Origin: Pelomonas sp. Root1237
GTDB lineage: Bacteria > Pseudomonadota > Gammaproteobacteria > Burkholderiales > Burkholderiaceae_C
Direction: 5' to 3'
Length of the DNA: 64,000 nt
Assembly: GCF_001425055.1 (NCBI RefSeq)
Contig: NZ_LMDK01000012.1
Location: 335,337-399,336 of the forward strand
The position numbers and the translations under genes are program-made. The notes under the pieces are model-generated. The model did not search any database. It was not told the origin of the DNA and saw nothing but the letters and a program-made list of their open reading frames with translations. Positions 12,300 through 20,933 of the stretch are shown here, piece after piece. Each line of letters starts with the position of its first letter. Position 1 is the stretch's first letter.

Positions 12300-14278
12300 G
12301 GCTGGTCCAAATGCTTGGCGAGAAAGGTCTCCACCCTGCGGGCGAAGTCCAATCGGTTCTCGGGCTTGCCGAAGCCATGGCCTTCTTCGGGGTAGCTGAC
12401 CCATTCCGGCGGATTGCCGGCCGCCTTCAGGGCGTCGCGCATGCGCTTGCCATGCACGATGGGCACGCGCAGGTCTGCCTCGCCGTAGGCCAGCAGCACC
12501 GGCGCCTTGATGCGCGAGGCCAGCTTCACCGGTGAGTTGGCGGCCAGCATGGCGGCATCCTGCTTGGGGTCGCCGACCATTTCGGGAAGGGTCAGCTTGC
12601 GGGCGATGCTGCTGTCATCGCTCACCCACCACGACCCCTGAACCATCAGCTCCAGGTCCGTCACGGCCACCCATGCCACGCCGCAGCGGTAGAGGTCGGG
12701 TTCCCTGGCCAGGCCCATCAGCGTGCTGTAGCCGCCGTAGCTGGCGCCGATGATGCAGGCCTTCTCGTTGGCCAACCCTTCCTTCTGCGCCCAGCGCAGC
12801 GCGTCGGTCACGTCGTCCTGCATGGCCTGGCCCCATTGCTTGAAGCCGGCGCGCAGGTGCTCCTCGCCGTAGCCGGCGCTGCCGCGGAACTCCGGCTCGA
12901 TGACGACGTAGCCGCGCGAGGCCAGGAACTGCCCCCATTTGTCCCATTCCCAGACATGGCCCCGCACCCAAGGCCCGCCGTGCACCAGCACAACGGCCGG
13001 GCGCGGCCCCTTGGCATCGTCGGCGCGCGTGATCCACACCGGCAGTTCGCGTCCGTCACGGGCCTTGATGGTCTTGAAATCCATCGTCGCCATCTGCTCG
13101 GGGGTGACCGCCTCGCGCACCCGGCCGATGGAGCGCCAGTGCGGTTCTCCGTCGGGCGGTTTACCCAGGTAGAGCCAGACCTTGCCGGGGTCGTGATCGC
13201 CGTAGGACTTGATGATGGCCACCATGTCCTGCTGGCCGCAGCGAAGGCAGCTGATGCGGTTGATGAAGCCCGGCAGGCGCTTGTCGGCCTGCTGCTGGAA
13301 CTTGGCCATGCGTTCATCCAGCCAGACCGTCGCCTCGCTGTCCACCAGCGCCCGCACGCCCAGCACGGTGCCGCCTTCGGTGATCAGGTGGCCGGCGAAA
13401 TCGAAGCCAGGCGTTGCCACGATGGCGGCCTGAACGGGCGCTTTCGTTTGGACGTCATAGCGCGCCAACACGCCTTGCGGTCTTCCTTTGGGCACGTGCG
13501 TGACGTAGAGCGTGCCTTTGCTGTCGACGTCCTGGAGCCTGAAGGGCTGCTTCAGCACCGTCGTGTCGTAGAGCTGCTCCCATTGCGTGCTGCCCGGCTT
13601 GAGCCAGTAGGCCTGCAGACGGTCGTTCGTGAAGCTCACTGCGGCGCGGGGCGCGCCGCTGGCGTCGACCAGCCACTGCTGGATGTTGTCGGCCGGTGCC
13701 TGAACGGCGACATCGCGCGTCATGCCCGTGCGAGTGTTCAGCCACAACAGCGCCTGGGTGCGGCGCGAGTAGGAGGTCACCAGCACTTCTTCATTGGGTT
13801 CACCGGGCCGTGGCTCGGGCACCAGGCGCAGGCTGTGGCTCCAGTCCAGCAAGCTGTAGTCAGGCTCCCCCTTGTTGATCCCGAAGCGGTTGTCGCGCTC
13901 GATGAGCTTTCGCAGCCCGGTGCCGTCCGCGTTCACGGCGAACAGGCCCGGCGGCCGCCAGTTTTCGCCACTGAGGTCCGTGAGGCTGAAGACGAGCCGC
14001 TCATCGTTGACCCAATGGACGTGGGTGACGTCCTCCTTGCCGAATTGCACGGCTCGCGTCAGCTTGCCACCGGCGGCCAGTTCCAGGACGACGAGGCCGA
14101 CGCGCTTGGCGCCTTTGGCGGTCGTGATGGCCAGCCGCTTGCCCGAGGGCGACAGCGCGATTTCGCCGATGTCGGCATCGCCGAAGAACACCTCGGCGGG
14201 CGGTGAAGCCGCCTGCGCGGCGCTGACGGACAGCAAAAGGCCGGCAACGACGCCGGCCCAGCACTTCAAAATCTCCAT
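12296..14278 (-). CDS. S9-family serine peptidase, tandem paralog of 10293-12299
   Basis: The signal peptide is MEILKCWAGVVAGLLLSVSAAQA. It shares the same architecture and many aligned blocks with the downstream paralog (WVNDERLVFS, GASYGGYSTLMGL, DLRVP). Its stop at 12296-12298 overlaps the next gene's ATG. Confidence 0.85.
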   Translation of the reverse strand: MEILKCWAGVVAGLLLSVSAAQAASPPAEVFFGDADIGEIALSPSGKRLAITTAKGAKRVGLVVLELAAGGKLTRAVQFGKEDVTHVHWVNDERLVFSLTDLSGENWRPPGLFAVNADGTGLRKLIERDNRFGINKGEPDYSLLDWSHSLRLVPEPRPGEPNEEVLVTSYSRRTQALLWLNTRTGMTRDVAVQAPADNIQQWLVDASGAPRAAVSFTNDRLQAYWLKPGSTQWEQLYDTTVLKQPFRLQDVDSKGTLYVTHVPKGRPQGVLARYDVQTKAPVQAAIVATPGFDFAGHLITEGGTVLGVRALVDSEATVWLDERMAKFQQQADKRLPGFINRISCLRCGQQDMVAIIKSYGDHDPGKVWLYLGKPPDGEPHWRSIGRVREAVTPEQMATMDFKTIKARDGRELPVWITRADDAKGPRPAVVLVHGGPWVRGHVWEWDKWGQFLASRGYVVIEPEFRGSAGYGEEHLRAGFKQWGQAMQDDVTDALRWAQKEGLANEKACIIGASYGGYSTLMGLAREPDLYRCGVAWVAVTDLELMVQGSWWVSDDSSIARKLTLPEMVGDPKQDAAMLAANSPVKLASRIKAPVLLAYGEADLRVPIVHGKRMRDALKAAGNPPEWVSYPEEGHGFGKPENRLDFARRVETFLAKHLDQP

Positions 14279-14407
14279 ATCGCTCCCTGCACTGCTTCGT
14301 TGACAGCGGCGCGCAGCATAGGGGAGGGCGTGGCGTAGGCAGCCTGCGTGTGATGGCAATCCTCACCATGGCGCGGGAGTGCCGGCACTGCATGACAATG
14401 CCCGGCC

Positions 14408-16012
14408 ATGACTGCTGCCCCCCCGGACGACGCCCCCGTCGTCATCATTGGCGCCGGCCTGGCCGGCCTCACCGTGGCCCTGCATCTCGCCGACAGCGTG
14501 CCCGTCGTCATCCTCGCCAAGCGCGAGCTGACCGAGGCGGCCACCGCGTGGGCCCAGGGCGGCATCGTCGGCGTGCTGGGCAGCGACGATTCCATCGAAA
14601 GCCATGTGCGCGACACCCAGGACGCTGGCGCAGGCCTCGTCGACGAAGCCGCCGCCCGCTTCATCGCCGAGCGCAGCGCTGCAGCCGTAGGCTGGCTGGT
14701 GGACCAGGGCGTGCCCTTCACGACCGACGACACCGGCCCGATGGGCCTGCACCTGACGCGTGAGGGCGGGCACGCTGTGCGTCGCATTGCCCACGCAGCC
14801 GACGCCACCGGCAAGGCCATCCACGACCAGCTGCTGGAGCTGGCCCGCAAGCACCCCAACATCACGCTGCGCGAGCGCTGGATGGCGCTGGACCTGATCA
14901 CGTCACGCCACGTGCAGCGCGACGAACCGCCCCGCGTCTATGGCACCTACGCGCTGGACATCGACACCCAGCGTGTGGAGACGCTGGCGGCACGCGCCGT
15001 CGTGCTGGCCACTGGCGGCGCCGGCAAGGTTTACCGCTACACCACCAACCCCGACACCTCGACCGGCGATGGCATCGCCATGGCCTGGCGCGCGGGCTGC
15101 CGGGTCGCGAACATGGAGTTCATCCAGTTCCACCCGACCTGCCTGTACCACCCGCAGGAGCGCAGCTTCCTCATCACCGAGGCCTTGCGCGGCGAGGGTG
15201 GGCATCTGAAGTTGCCGGATGGCACCCGCTTCATGGCGGCGCATGACGAGCGCATGGAGCTGGCACCGCGCGACATCGTCGCCCGCGCCATCGACTTCGA
15301 GATGAAAAAGCACGGCCTGGACCATGTGTGGCTGGACGCCACGCATCTCGGCGAAGCCTTCCTCATCGAGCATTTCCCGACCATCCATGCCCGCTGCCTC
15401 AAGCTCGGCATCGACATCGCCCGGCAGCCCATCCCCGTCGTGCCGGCCGTGCACTTCACCTGCGGCGGTGCTGTGACCGACCTGCTCGGCCGCTGCGACC
15501 TGCCGGGCCTGTATGCCGTGGGCGAAACCGGCTACACCGGCCTGCACGGCGCCAACCGCCTGGCCAGCAACTCGCTGCTGGAATGCGTGGTGCTGGGCCA
15601 GACCTGTGCGGCCGACATCCTGTCGCACCCGCTCCCCGACGGGGCTCCCATCCCGGCCTGGGACGAGAGCCAGGTCGAGAACGCCGACGAGCAGGTCGTC
15701 ATCGCCCACAACTGGGACGAACTGCGCCTGTTGATGTGGAACTACGTCGGCATCGTGCGTACCACCAAGCGCCTGGAGCGCGCGCTGCATCGCATCAAGC
15801 TGCTGCGCGGCGAGATTGATGACTACTACGGGAGCTTCCGAGTCACGCGCGACCTGCTGGAACTGCGCAACCTCGTCGAATGCGCCGAGCTGATCGTGCG
15901 CTCGGCCCTGATGCGCCACGAGAGCCGCGGCCTGCACTTCAGCCGCGACTACCCGCGCACGCTGCCGGTGAGCTTCCCGACGGTGTTGATCAGCAAACGG
16001 CGCCGACGCTAG
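14408..16012 (+). CDS. nadB: L-aspartate oxidase
   Basis: An FAD-binding N-terminus ([11 protein letters not shown]) and succinate-dehydrogenase/fumarate-reductase flavoprotein-family motifs run throughout; 534 aa. Confidence 0.9.
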   Translation: MTAAPPDDAPVVIIGAGLAGLTVALHLADSVPVVILAKRELTEAATAWAQGGIVGVLGSDDSIESHVRDTQDAGAGLVDEAAARFIAERSAAAVGWLVDQGVPFTTDDTGPMGLHLTREGGHAVRRIAHAADATGKAIHDQLLELARKHPNITLRERWMALDLITSRHVQRDEPPRVYGTYALDIDTQRVETLAARAVVLATGGAGKVYRYTTNPDTSTGDGIAMAWRAGCRVANMEFIQFHPTCLYHPQERSFLITEALRGEGGHLKLPDGTRFMAAHDERMELAPRDIVARAIDFEMKKHGLDHVWLDATHLGEAFLIEHFPTIHARCLKLGIDIARQPIPVVPAVHFTCGGAVTDLLGRCDLPGLYAVGETGYTGLHGANRLASNSLLECVVLGQTCAADILSHPLPDGAPIPAWDESQVENADEQVVIAHNWDELRLLMWNYVGIVRTTKRLERALHRIKLLRGEIDDYYGSFRVTRDLLELRNLVECAELIVRSALMRHESRGLHFSRDYPRTLPVSFPTVLISKRRRR

Positions 16013-16121
16013 CACCGAGCGCGGATATGCCGGGCCTCAGCTCTTCACCATACAAGCTCGCCGTCGTGCCAGGCTGCTCGTTCCGACTCAAGTTCTGATC
16101 AGGCCTGCCGATACATGCGAG

Positions 16122-16322
16122 ATGGACATCGCCAACTCCGCCAGCGTCAACATCGCGTCGAGCAATACCCAAGGGGCAGCCGATGCGGTCGGCCTCCTGG
16201 TGCTGCGCAAGGCGATCGACATTCAGGCGGCGGGCGCCATGGCCCTGCTCAGCGCGCTGCCGCAGCAGCCTGCACTGGCGACCGAAGGCACGCTGGGGCG
16301 CAACGTGAACGTTTACGCCTGA
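16122..16322 (+). CDS. YjfB-family putative motility protein
   Basis: A 66-aa protein, MDIANSASV...VLRKAIDIQAAGAMALLSALPQ...GRNVNVYA, matches the YjfB pattern (VxKKAxDxQ...LP...NIDV). Confidence 0.65.
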   Translation: MDIANSASVNIASSNTQGAADAVGLLVLRKAIDIQAAGAMALLSALPQQPALATEGTLGRNVNVYA

Positions 16323-16603
16323 GTAAGACCGGGGCGCGGTTCAGGCGCCCAGAATCCCCCGACCACCGCGCATCGCCCCTCTGCCCCAACGCGAGACCCG
16401 GCGCCGGCATAGGGCATCGTGACAGGCGTGGGCGAATTGAAGGCGGCAGCCAATCGGGCGCCGAAGAGCGGGCCGGTGGCGATGGCCATCACCAGGTTCC
16501 CGTCGCCATCGCGGGCGCTGATCCTGCCGGCGGCGCTGTCGAAGGCCCAATGGCTGACGCCGGCCTCGGCGCCAAGATGGCGGTTCGCATCAAGCAATCC
16601 CAT
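16313..16603 (-). CDS. Hypothetical small protein (96 aa), third gene of a three-ORF operon
   Basis: The ATG is preceded by AGGAG and overlaps the upstream ORF by 14 nt. GC3 is high. I recognise no family. Confidence 0.45.
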   Translation of the reverse strand: MGLLDANRHLGAEAGVSHWAFDSAAGRISARDGDGNLVMAIATGPLFGARLAAAFNSPTPVTMPYAGAGSRVGAEGRCAVVGGFWAPEPRPGLTQA

Positions 16604-16826
16604 GATCGTCTCCTGCTCTGGCGGCGAACTCGGCGACGGTGTCTTGCCACTCGTTCCAGCCGCCTTCCTTCACCTCGATGGCGCACAGAAATTCCATCTC
16701 GAAGCGCTTGGCCTGAGCCTCACGCCTGAGCCTGGCTCGCTCTTCGACCCGCTTGGCCCGGGCCGCGAAACGCCGCGGCATCTTCTCGAGCAGCGCGGCG
16801 AAGCCGACAGGTTTGTTGATCGTCAA
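16590..16826 (-). CDS. Hypothetical small basic protein (78 aa), second gene of a three-ORF operon
   Basis: TTG start with an upstream GGAGGA. The protein is Arg/Lys-rich (RRFAARAKRVEERARLRREAQAKRFEMEF). GC3 is about 80%. Confidence 0.45.
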   Translation of the reverse strand: MTINKPVGFAALLEKMPRRFAARAKRVEERARLRREAQAKRFEMEFLCAIEVKEGGWNEWQDTVAEFAARAGDDHGIA

Positions 16827-17011
16827 AGCACCGTCCTCCGCGGGTCCAGTTCGGTGCCTTCCCAGGCCTCTTCATCGGTCGCTGGCTGCGCGGCGAGGTG
16901 CGGCGCGTATTCGGCTTCCCACGCGCGCAACTGGCTGATGGTGATGCGCAGCAGCGAGGCGCTGGCCCAGAGCGCGTCATCCGGGGCAAGTGGGGTGGAT
17001 TGAGATTGCAT
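16823..17011 (-). CDS. Hypothetical small acidic protein (62 aa), first gene of a three-ORF operon
   Basis: ATG at 17009-17011 is preceded by AGGAG. GC3 is high. Its stop TGA overlaps the TTG start of the next ORF (TTGA). Confidence 0.4.
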   Translation of the reverse strand: MQSQSTPLAPDDALWASASLLRITISQLRAWEAEYAPHLAAQPATDEEAWEGTELDPRRTVL

Positions 17012-17252
17012 GGCGGCTCCTGTTTTCGATGGAGCCAGTCTCGGAGCCCGCCGGCCGCGGGGGTATCGCCCTTTGGGGGTGCCGAGGGGGGATGGGCGGG
17101 CGGGCATCCCCCGTCGTATCCCTCCAAAGGGGGATGGCGGTCGACTCGAAAGCCACGACCTCAGATGCGAGAAAGGCGCCTAGGCTGTTGATTTCGCTAG
17201 GGATTCGTGGGCCTACGGCACCGGAGCCTGCGTCTGCGCCCGGGAAGGTGTC

Positions 17253-19148
17253 TCAGCCAGGGTTCAGTGCCGTCGCGGGCGGGCAGAAAGTCCTGGGCAG
17301 CACCGAGCGCCCGCTGAGTCTGACGCAGTTCGGCTGCAGGCCCTGCCAGGCCCGGCTGCCGAAGTTGGCTGTCACGGCCCTGCCGTCTGCGTAGCTGACC
17401 TGCTGCACGCTGTGGTCGTCCGTGAGCCACGCGAAGGCCGTGAGCGCCACGGGTGCCGACACGCCGTGCACGGCCTGGAAGTCGTCATGCGCCGCCTTCA
17501 GCCAGGCGGCGGCACTGGCGAGGTCGCGCCGGTCAAGGTTCCACAGAGTCGGCACGCCATACAGCAACGAACGCGCGTAGCGGCGCGCTTCCTGGCCCAC
17601 CACCTTGGTCAGGCTGAGCTCCCAACGATCCACGGTCACCAACGCGTCGTGGTAGACCGCATCGAACAGGGGCAGGCGATCAGCGGGTTCGAACAGAGCG
17701 CGTGCTTCGTCAGCCGTGGGCGTGAAACGGCCGAAATAGATCGGAGGGCGCTCCGGTGGCCAATAGCCGCTGAAGCGCTTGTCGCTGAGCAGGGGCCAGA
17801 ACGCCGCCACGTGGGCCTGCCCGGTGCCGTGCGAGTAATGCGTGACGTCGGCGCTCCAGGCGGTCACGTTCTCCGAGCCCAGCACCAGGCCGAACTTGCG
17901 CATGCCCAGTTTCAGGCGGGCCAGGACGTTGCGGCGATCCTGCGCCTTGGTCATGCGGTGCTCGGGGCTGAAGTCGTCGTAGAAGTTGCCGAAGCCGTCC
18001 ACGTCGATGAAGACCTGGCTTGCGCCGTCACGGATGTGCCCCTCGTAGCGCTGCGCCGGGACAAAGCCTGCCGGGTGCCGTGCGATGGCTTCGCTGGACA
18101 TCTGGCAGCCTCTGCTGGCGAAGCCCGGCACGACGGCGCCCTGCTTGTCGCGCAGGCAGCCCGACGGATAGAGCTCAGGCCCCCAGATCGCGGCGGGCAT
18201 GTCGGCCGTGTCGTCGGGTTGGCCATTGTCGAAGGCGTCGTAGGGCCCCGCCAGGTAGCCCAGGCCATGGGCCTTCTTCAGGTAGGCCGGCCGGACCAGG
18301 TGCTTGTGCGTCTTCGGGTCCTGGTCGTAGCTGATCACGAGCCTGGCAATACCCAGCGCCTTCAAGTCGTCCAGGAAAGCGAGATCGCGGCCATCGCCCC
18401 ATACGTACAGATGCGGGGCGCCAAACAGGCGGTCCAGTTCAGGCACCTGCTTGTCGGCAAAGGATCGCAACCGACCCTGCTGTCGCAGGTGGCTTCTGTA
18501 GAACAGCGCCGGTGCGAGCGGGTTGGGTGTGCCGAGCTCGATCATCAGATCCAGCGTGCTGGCACCGTCGGCGAAGTCATGTCTCAGGCTGGCCTGCAGC
18601 CCGTTCGAGTTCTGCAGGCAAAGCTCGGACTGAAAGCCGTCGTCCAGCGCGTAGGTGATGGCCCGCGTGCCTGTGAGGTGGGTCCACGCCGGGAAGGACA
18701 ACAGGGTGGTGCCGCCGAAGCACTGCGGGCGGTTGAAGACAGAGCGCCAGTAGGCATCGTTGACGCCGAAGGCCATGCCCTGCCCATCCGGCACGATCCA
18801 GGTTCCTGACGAGACTTCTGGCATGGACGCCTGCCAGCGCGTGCCGTGCTGCCCGGTGACCGACACCTTGAGCGCCCGGCCTTGTGTACTGAGGCGCACC
18901 TGCTGGCCTTCGCCGGTTGTCCAGGCCCAGGCCCCCGGGCTTGTGGTGACCGGGCTGTCATGCGCTTGCACCTGGGGCTTGAGCAGGGGGATCGGTGCGG
19001 CATCGCCGTCGCGGGCTTCGATACGCAAGGTGGCGCTGTCGACGAGGTAGGTGACCGAGCCGGCGTGGACCTCGATCACGGCCGCCTGCGCGATGGTCGA
19101 CAGGATGGCCAGCAGCAGACCGCCGAGGCCCAAGGCGCGGGACGTCAT
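17253..19148 (-). CDS. Secreted glycoside-hydrolase-like protein, family unassigned
   Basis: It has a signal peptide (MTSRALGLGGLLLAILSTIAQAA) and is 631 aa. The central region has TIM-barrel-like hydrolase character. The family assignment is an inference, not a recognised match. Confidence 0.5.
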   Translation of the reverse strand: MTSRALGLGGLLLAILSTIAQAAVIEVHAGSVTYLVDSATLRIEARDGDAAPIPLLKPQVQAHDSPVTTSPGAWAWTTGEGQQVRLSTQGRALKVSVTGQHGTRWQASMPEVSSGTWIVPDGQGMAFGVNDAYWRSVFNRPQCFGGTTLLSFPAWTHLTGTRAITYALDDGFQSELCLQNSNGLQASLRHDFADGASTLDLMIELGTPNPLAPALFYRSHLRQQGRLRSFADKQVPELDRLFGAPHLYVWGDGRDLAFLDDLKALGIARLVISYDQDPKTHKHLVRPAYLKKAHGLGYLAGPYDAFDNGQPDDTADMPAAIWGPELYPSGCLRDKQGAVVPGFASRGCQMSSEAIARHPAGFVPAQRYEGHIRDGASQVFIDVDGFGNFYDDFSPEHRMTKAQDRRNVLARLKLGMRKFGLVLGSENVTAWSADVTHYSHGTGQAHVAAFWPLLSDKRFSGYWPPERPPIYFGRFTPTADEARALFEPADRLPLFDAVYHDALVTVDRWELSLTKVVGQEARRYARSLLYGVPTLWNLDRRDLASAAAWLKAAHDDFQAVHGVSAPVALTAFAWLTDDHSVQQVSYADGRAVTANFGSRAWQGLQPNCVRLSGRSVLPRTFCPPATALNPG

Positions 19149-19566
19149 GGATTCAGATGGCTTTGTGCAGTGCGGGCGATTGTCGTAGCCACCGCCGCGT
19201 ACGGAGCGGTTCGGACTTCCGCTTGTCGATTTCTGCCGTCTCGGATCGTCGTGAGGTTGTGGCGGCAGAAACCGCAGCGACTCCCGGGCCGATGCCCCTG
19301 GCCATCAACGAAGGAATCCTTATGCGCAACGGTCTTGTTCCCGTGTCGTCGTGCCGGTGGGTCCATCTTCATGTCGCGATCGTCGTGTGTGCCGTGATCG
19401 CAGCGACGATCCAGTCAATCTGCGCCGTGGCCCCCATGGAAATGCAGGGTGCAACGGCTTCGACCCCTTCTAGAGACGCGCCGCAGCGCAGCGACACCTG
19501 AGTGTCGGCCGAACTGGGCACGGTGCGCAGGCAAGCCGTTGAATCATTCGGTCAGAGGACAGTTCC

Positions 19567-19791
19567 ATGAGAAGGATCGTGTCGGTCGCTGACGGCATCG
19601 CCGGGCGCGGTGGGCGAGCGATAGCCCTGCAGGCCGAGCTCGGCGATATAGCGTCCATCCAGCGCCTGTTCGACGCAGCACAGCAGGCGTTCGGGGCGCC
19701 TGACATCGTGGTCGTCAACGCGGGCGTGGTGGTCATCAAGCCGGCGCGCCCATTCAACCCCCTTCGGCATCGAGATCAAGGAGGTCATTGA
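19567..19791 (+). pseudogene. Short-chain dehydrogenase/reductase gene remnant (internal fragment only)
   Basis: Only the central SDR block is present: ...GRAIALQAELGDIASIQRLFDAAQQAFGAPDIVVVNAGVV. The Gly-rich NAD-binding N-terminus and the catalytic YxxxK C-terminus are both absent, and the reading frame decays after IKPA. Confidence 0.5.
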
Positions 19792-20392
19792 CCGCCGCGT
19801 CCTGCGCATCGGCACTGCTCTTCAAGTCCAAGGCTGATTGACGCTTGTCGAGTAGCGAGACTGCGCCCGAAACGATCAGCGCCAGCATCGCAACTCCGAA
19901 GGAGAAACATCCACCGATGAAAAGCAGCACGGCGTGCGATTCAAGGTGGCGGAAATTCGCGCCGGCGTAGTACGCCGCATAGCCTGCGGCCAGTGCCATG
20001 CTGGCTAGACCGCTTCCGGTCATGACAATGGCCACGAGAAGCAGGAACCAGCAGACAAGCATTCCGGCGAGGGGAACCCGCCGCGCGCTGTGGATATCGA
20101 CAACCTTCTCAGAGAACGTGATTGATGCGACGAGGATGGCGACCAGAATTGTCAAAAAACTCTTTGCCAAGTCCTTCGACTCCGCGTAGTCCTTTTCCAG
20201 AAACAACTTCGCGTTGCGCTCGATGCACTCAGCGAACTTGGCATCCGTCGACTGCAAGACCTGGTTCGAGCCATCCACGCAGATGGTCAAGGAGCCGGGC
20301 GCTTGGAACCACGGGAGGGTCAATTGCCTGGCAGCGAAGATCGCTAAGGCAGCAATACCAACGACTAAGAACCAGCGAATTGATTTGGTCAT
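19754..20392 (-). CDS. Hypothetical membrane protein in a low-GC islet
   Basis: The MTKSIRWFLVVGIAALAIF start is followed by several TM helices. Local GC is about 55% against about 69% elsewhere. The ORF track allows a start as far up as 20500. Confidence 0.5.
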   Translation of the reverse strand: MTKSIRWFLVVGIAALAIFAARQLTLPWFQAPGSLTICVDGSNQVLQSTDAKFAECIERNAKLFLEKDYAESKDLAKSFLTILVAILVASITFSEKVVDIHSARRVPLAGMLVCWFLLLVAIVMTGSGLASMALAAGYAAYYAGANFRHLESHAVLLFIGGCFSFGVAMLALIVSGAVSLLDKRQSALDLKSSADAQDAAVNDLLDLDAEGG

Positions 20393-20771
20393 GACTCCGT
20401 GTACAGGCGCAGGGCATTGGATCGCCCTCAAGCAGTCGCACGTTCGCACGCAGGTCCAACCGAGCGAATCATCAGATGTGAGGAGGAAGATCGTTCGCAT
20501 ATCGGACTGTCACGCTTTTCCGTTCGACAGCTTCGCCCAAGGCGCGACGCCGAGCCGGCCGGTGCATCGAAGCCGACGGCGAATTGCATCAGATGGCCGC
20601 CGGCATACTTAAAGAAGCGACGGGACGGCGAGGATAAAAGCGACTCAATGGGTCGAGGTCAGCGCGCTTGCCGTGGCCCGCCGCTGCCAAAAGCGGACAT
20701 GCTCCGTCTCTCGCGGTCCGGTCCGCGATGCCATTAGTCCCGTGCCACTCGGTCAACCGCCACCTGACACG

Positions 20772-20806
20772 AAAAAAGCGCCTAAGCCCTTGAGGAACTT
20801 AGGCGC
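20772..20806 (-). terminator. Rho-independent terminator downstream of tRNA-Arg
   Basis: A perfect 9-bp stem (gcgcctaag / cttaggcgc) with an 11-nt loop is followed on the minus strand by TTTTTT. Confidence 0.6.
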
Positions 20807-20840
20807 CTGATCGGCAGTGAGTTCTCGTGAACTCTTGATT

Positions 20841-20917
20841 TGGCCTGCCCGGAGGGACTCGAACCCCCGACCTGCTGCTTAGAAGGCAGCTGCTCTATCC
20901 AGTTGAGCTACGGGCAG
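20841..20917 (-). tRNA. tRNA-Arg (anticodon UCU)
   Basis: The reverse complement folds as a 77-nt cloverleaf. The acceptor stem pairs CTGCCCG with CGGGCAG. The D-arm is GCTC/GAGC. The anticodon stem is GCTGC/GCAGC with loop CTTCTAA, giving anticodon TCT. The T-arm is GGGGG-TTCGAGT-CCCTC, and a 3' CCA is encoded. Confidence 0.9.
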
Positions 20918-20933
20918 ACAGAACAGGTGATTA

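Noticed and set aside
19157-19501. A 114-aa plus ORF (possibly beginning at MRNGLV...) between the hydrolase gene and the SDR remnant
   Set aside because: No ribosome-binding site, no motif, and mixed codon signal. It lies in the degraded islet, so it is likely non-coding.
20841-20917. A search for att-like direct repeats of the tRNA-Arg 3' end, and for an integrase, near the low-GC islet
   Set aside because: No partial tRNA copy is recognisable within 19150-20840, and there is no integrase or recombinase ORF. I therefore did not call a mobile element, only an islet.
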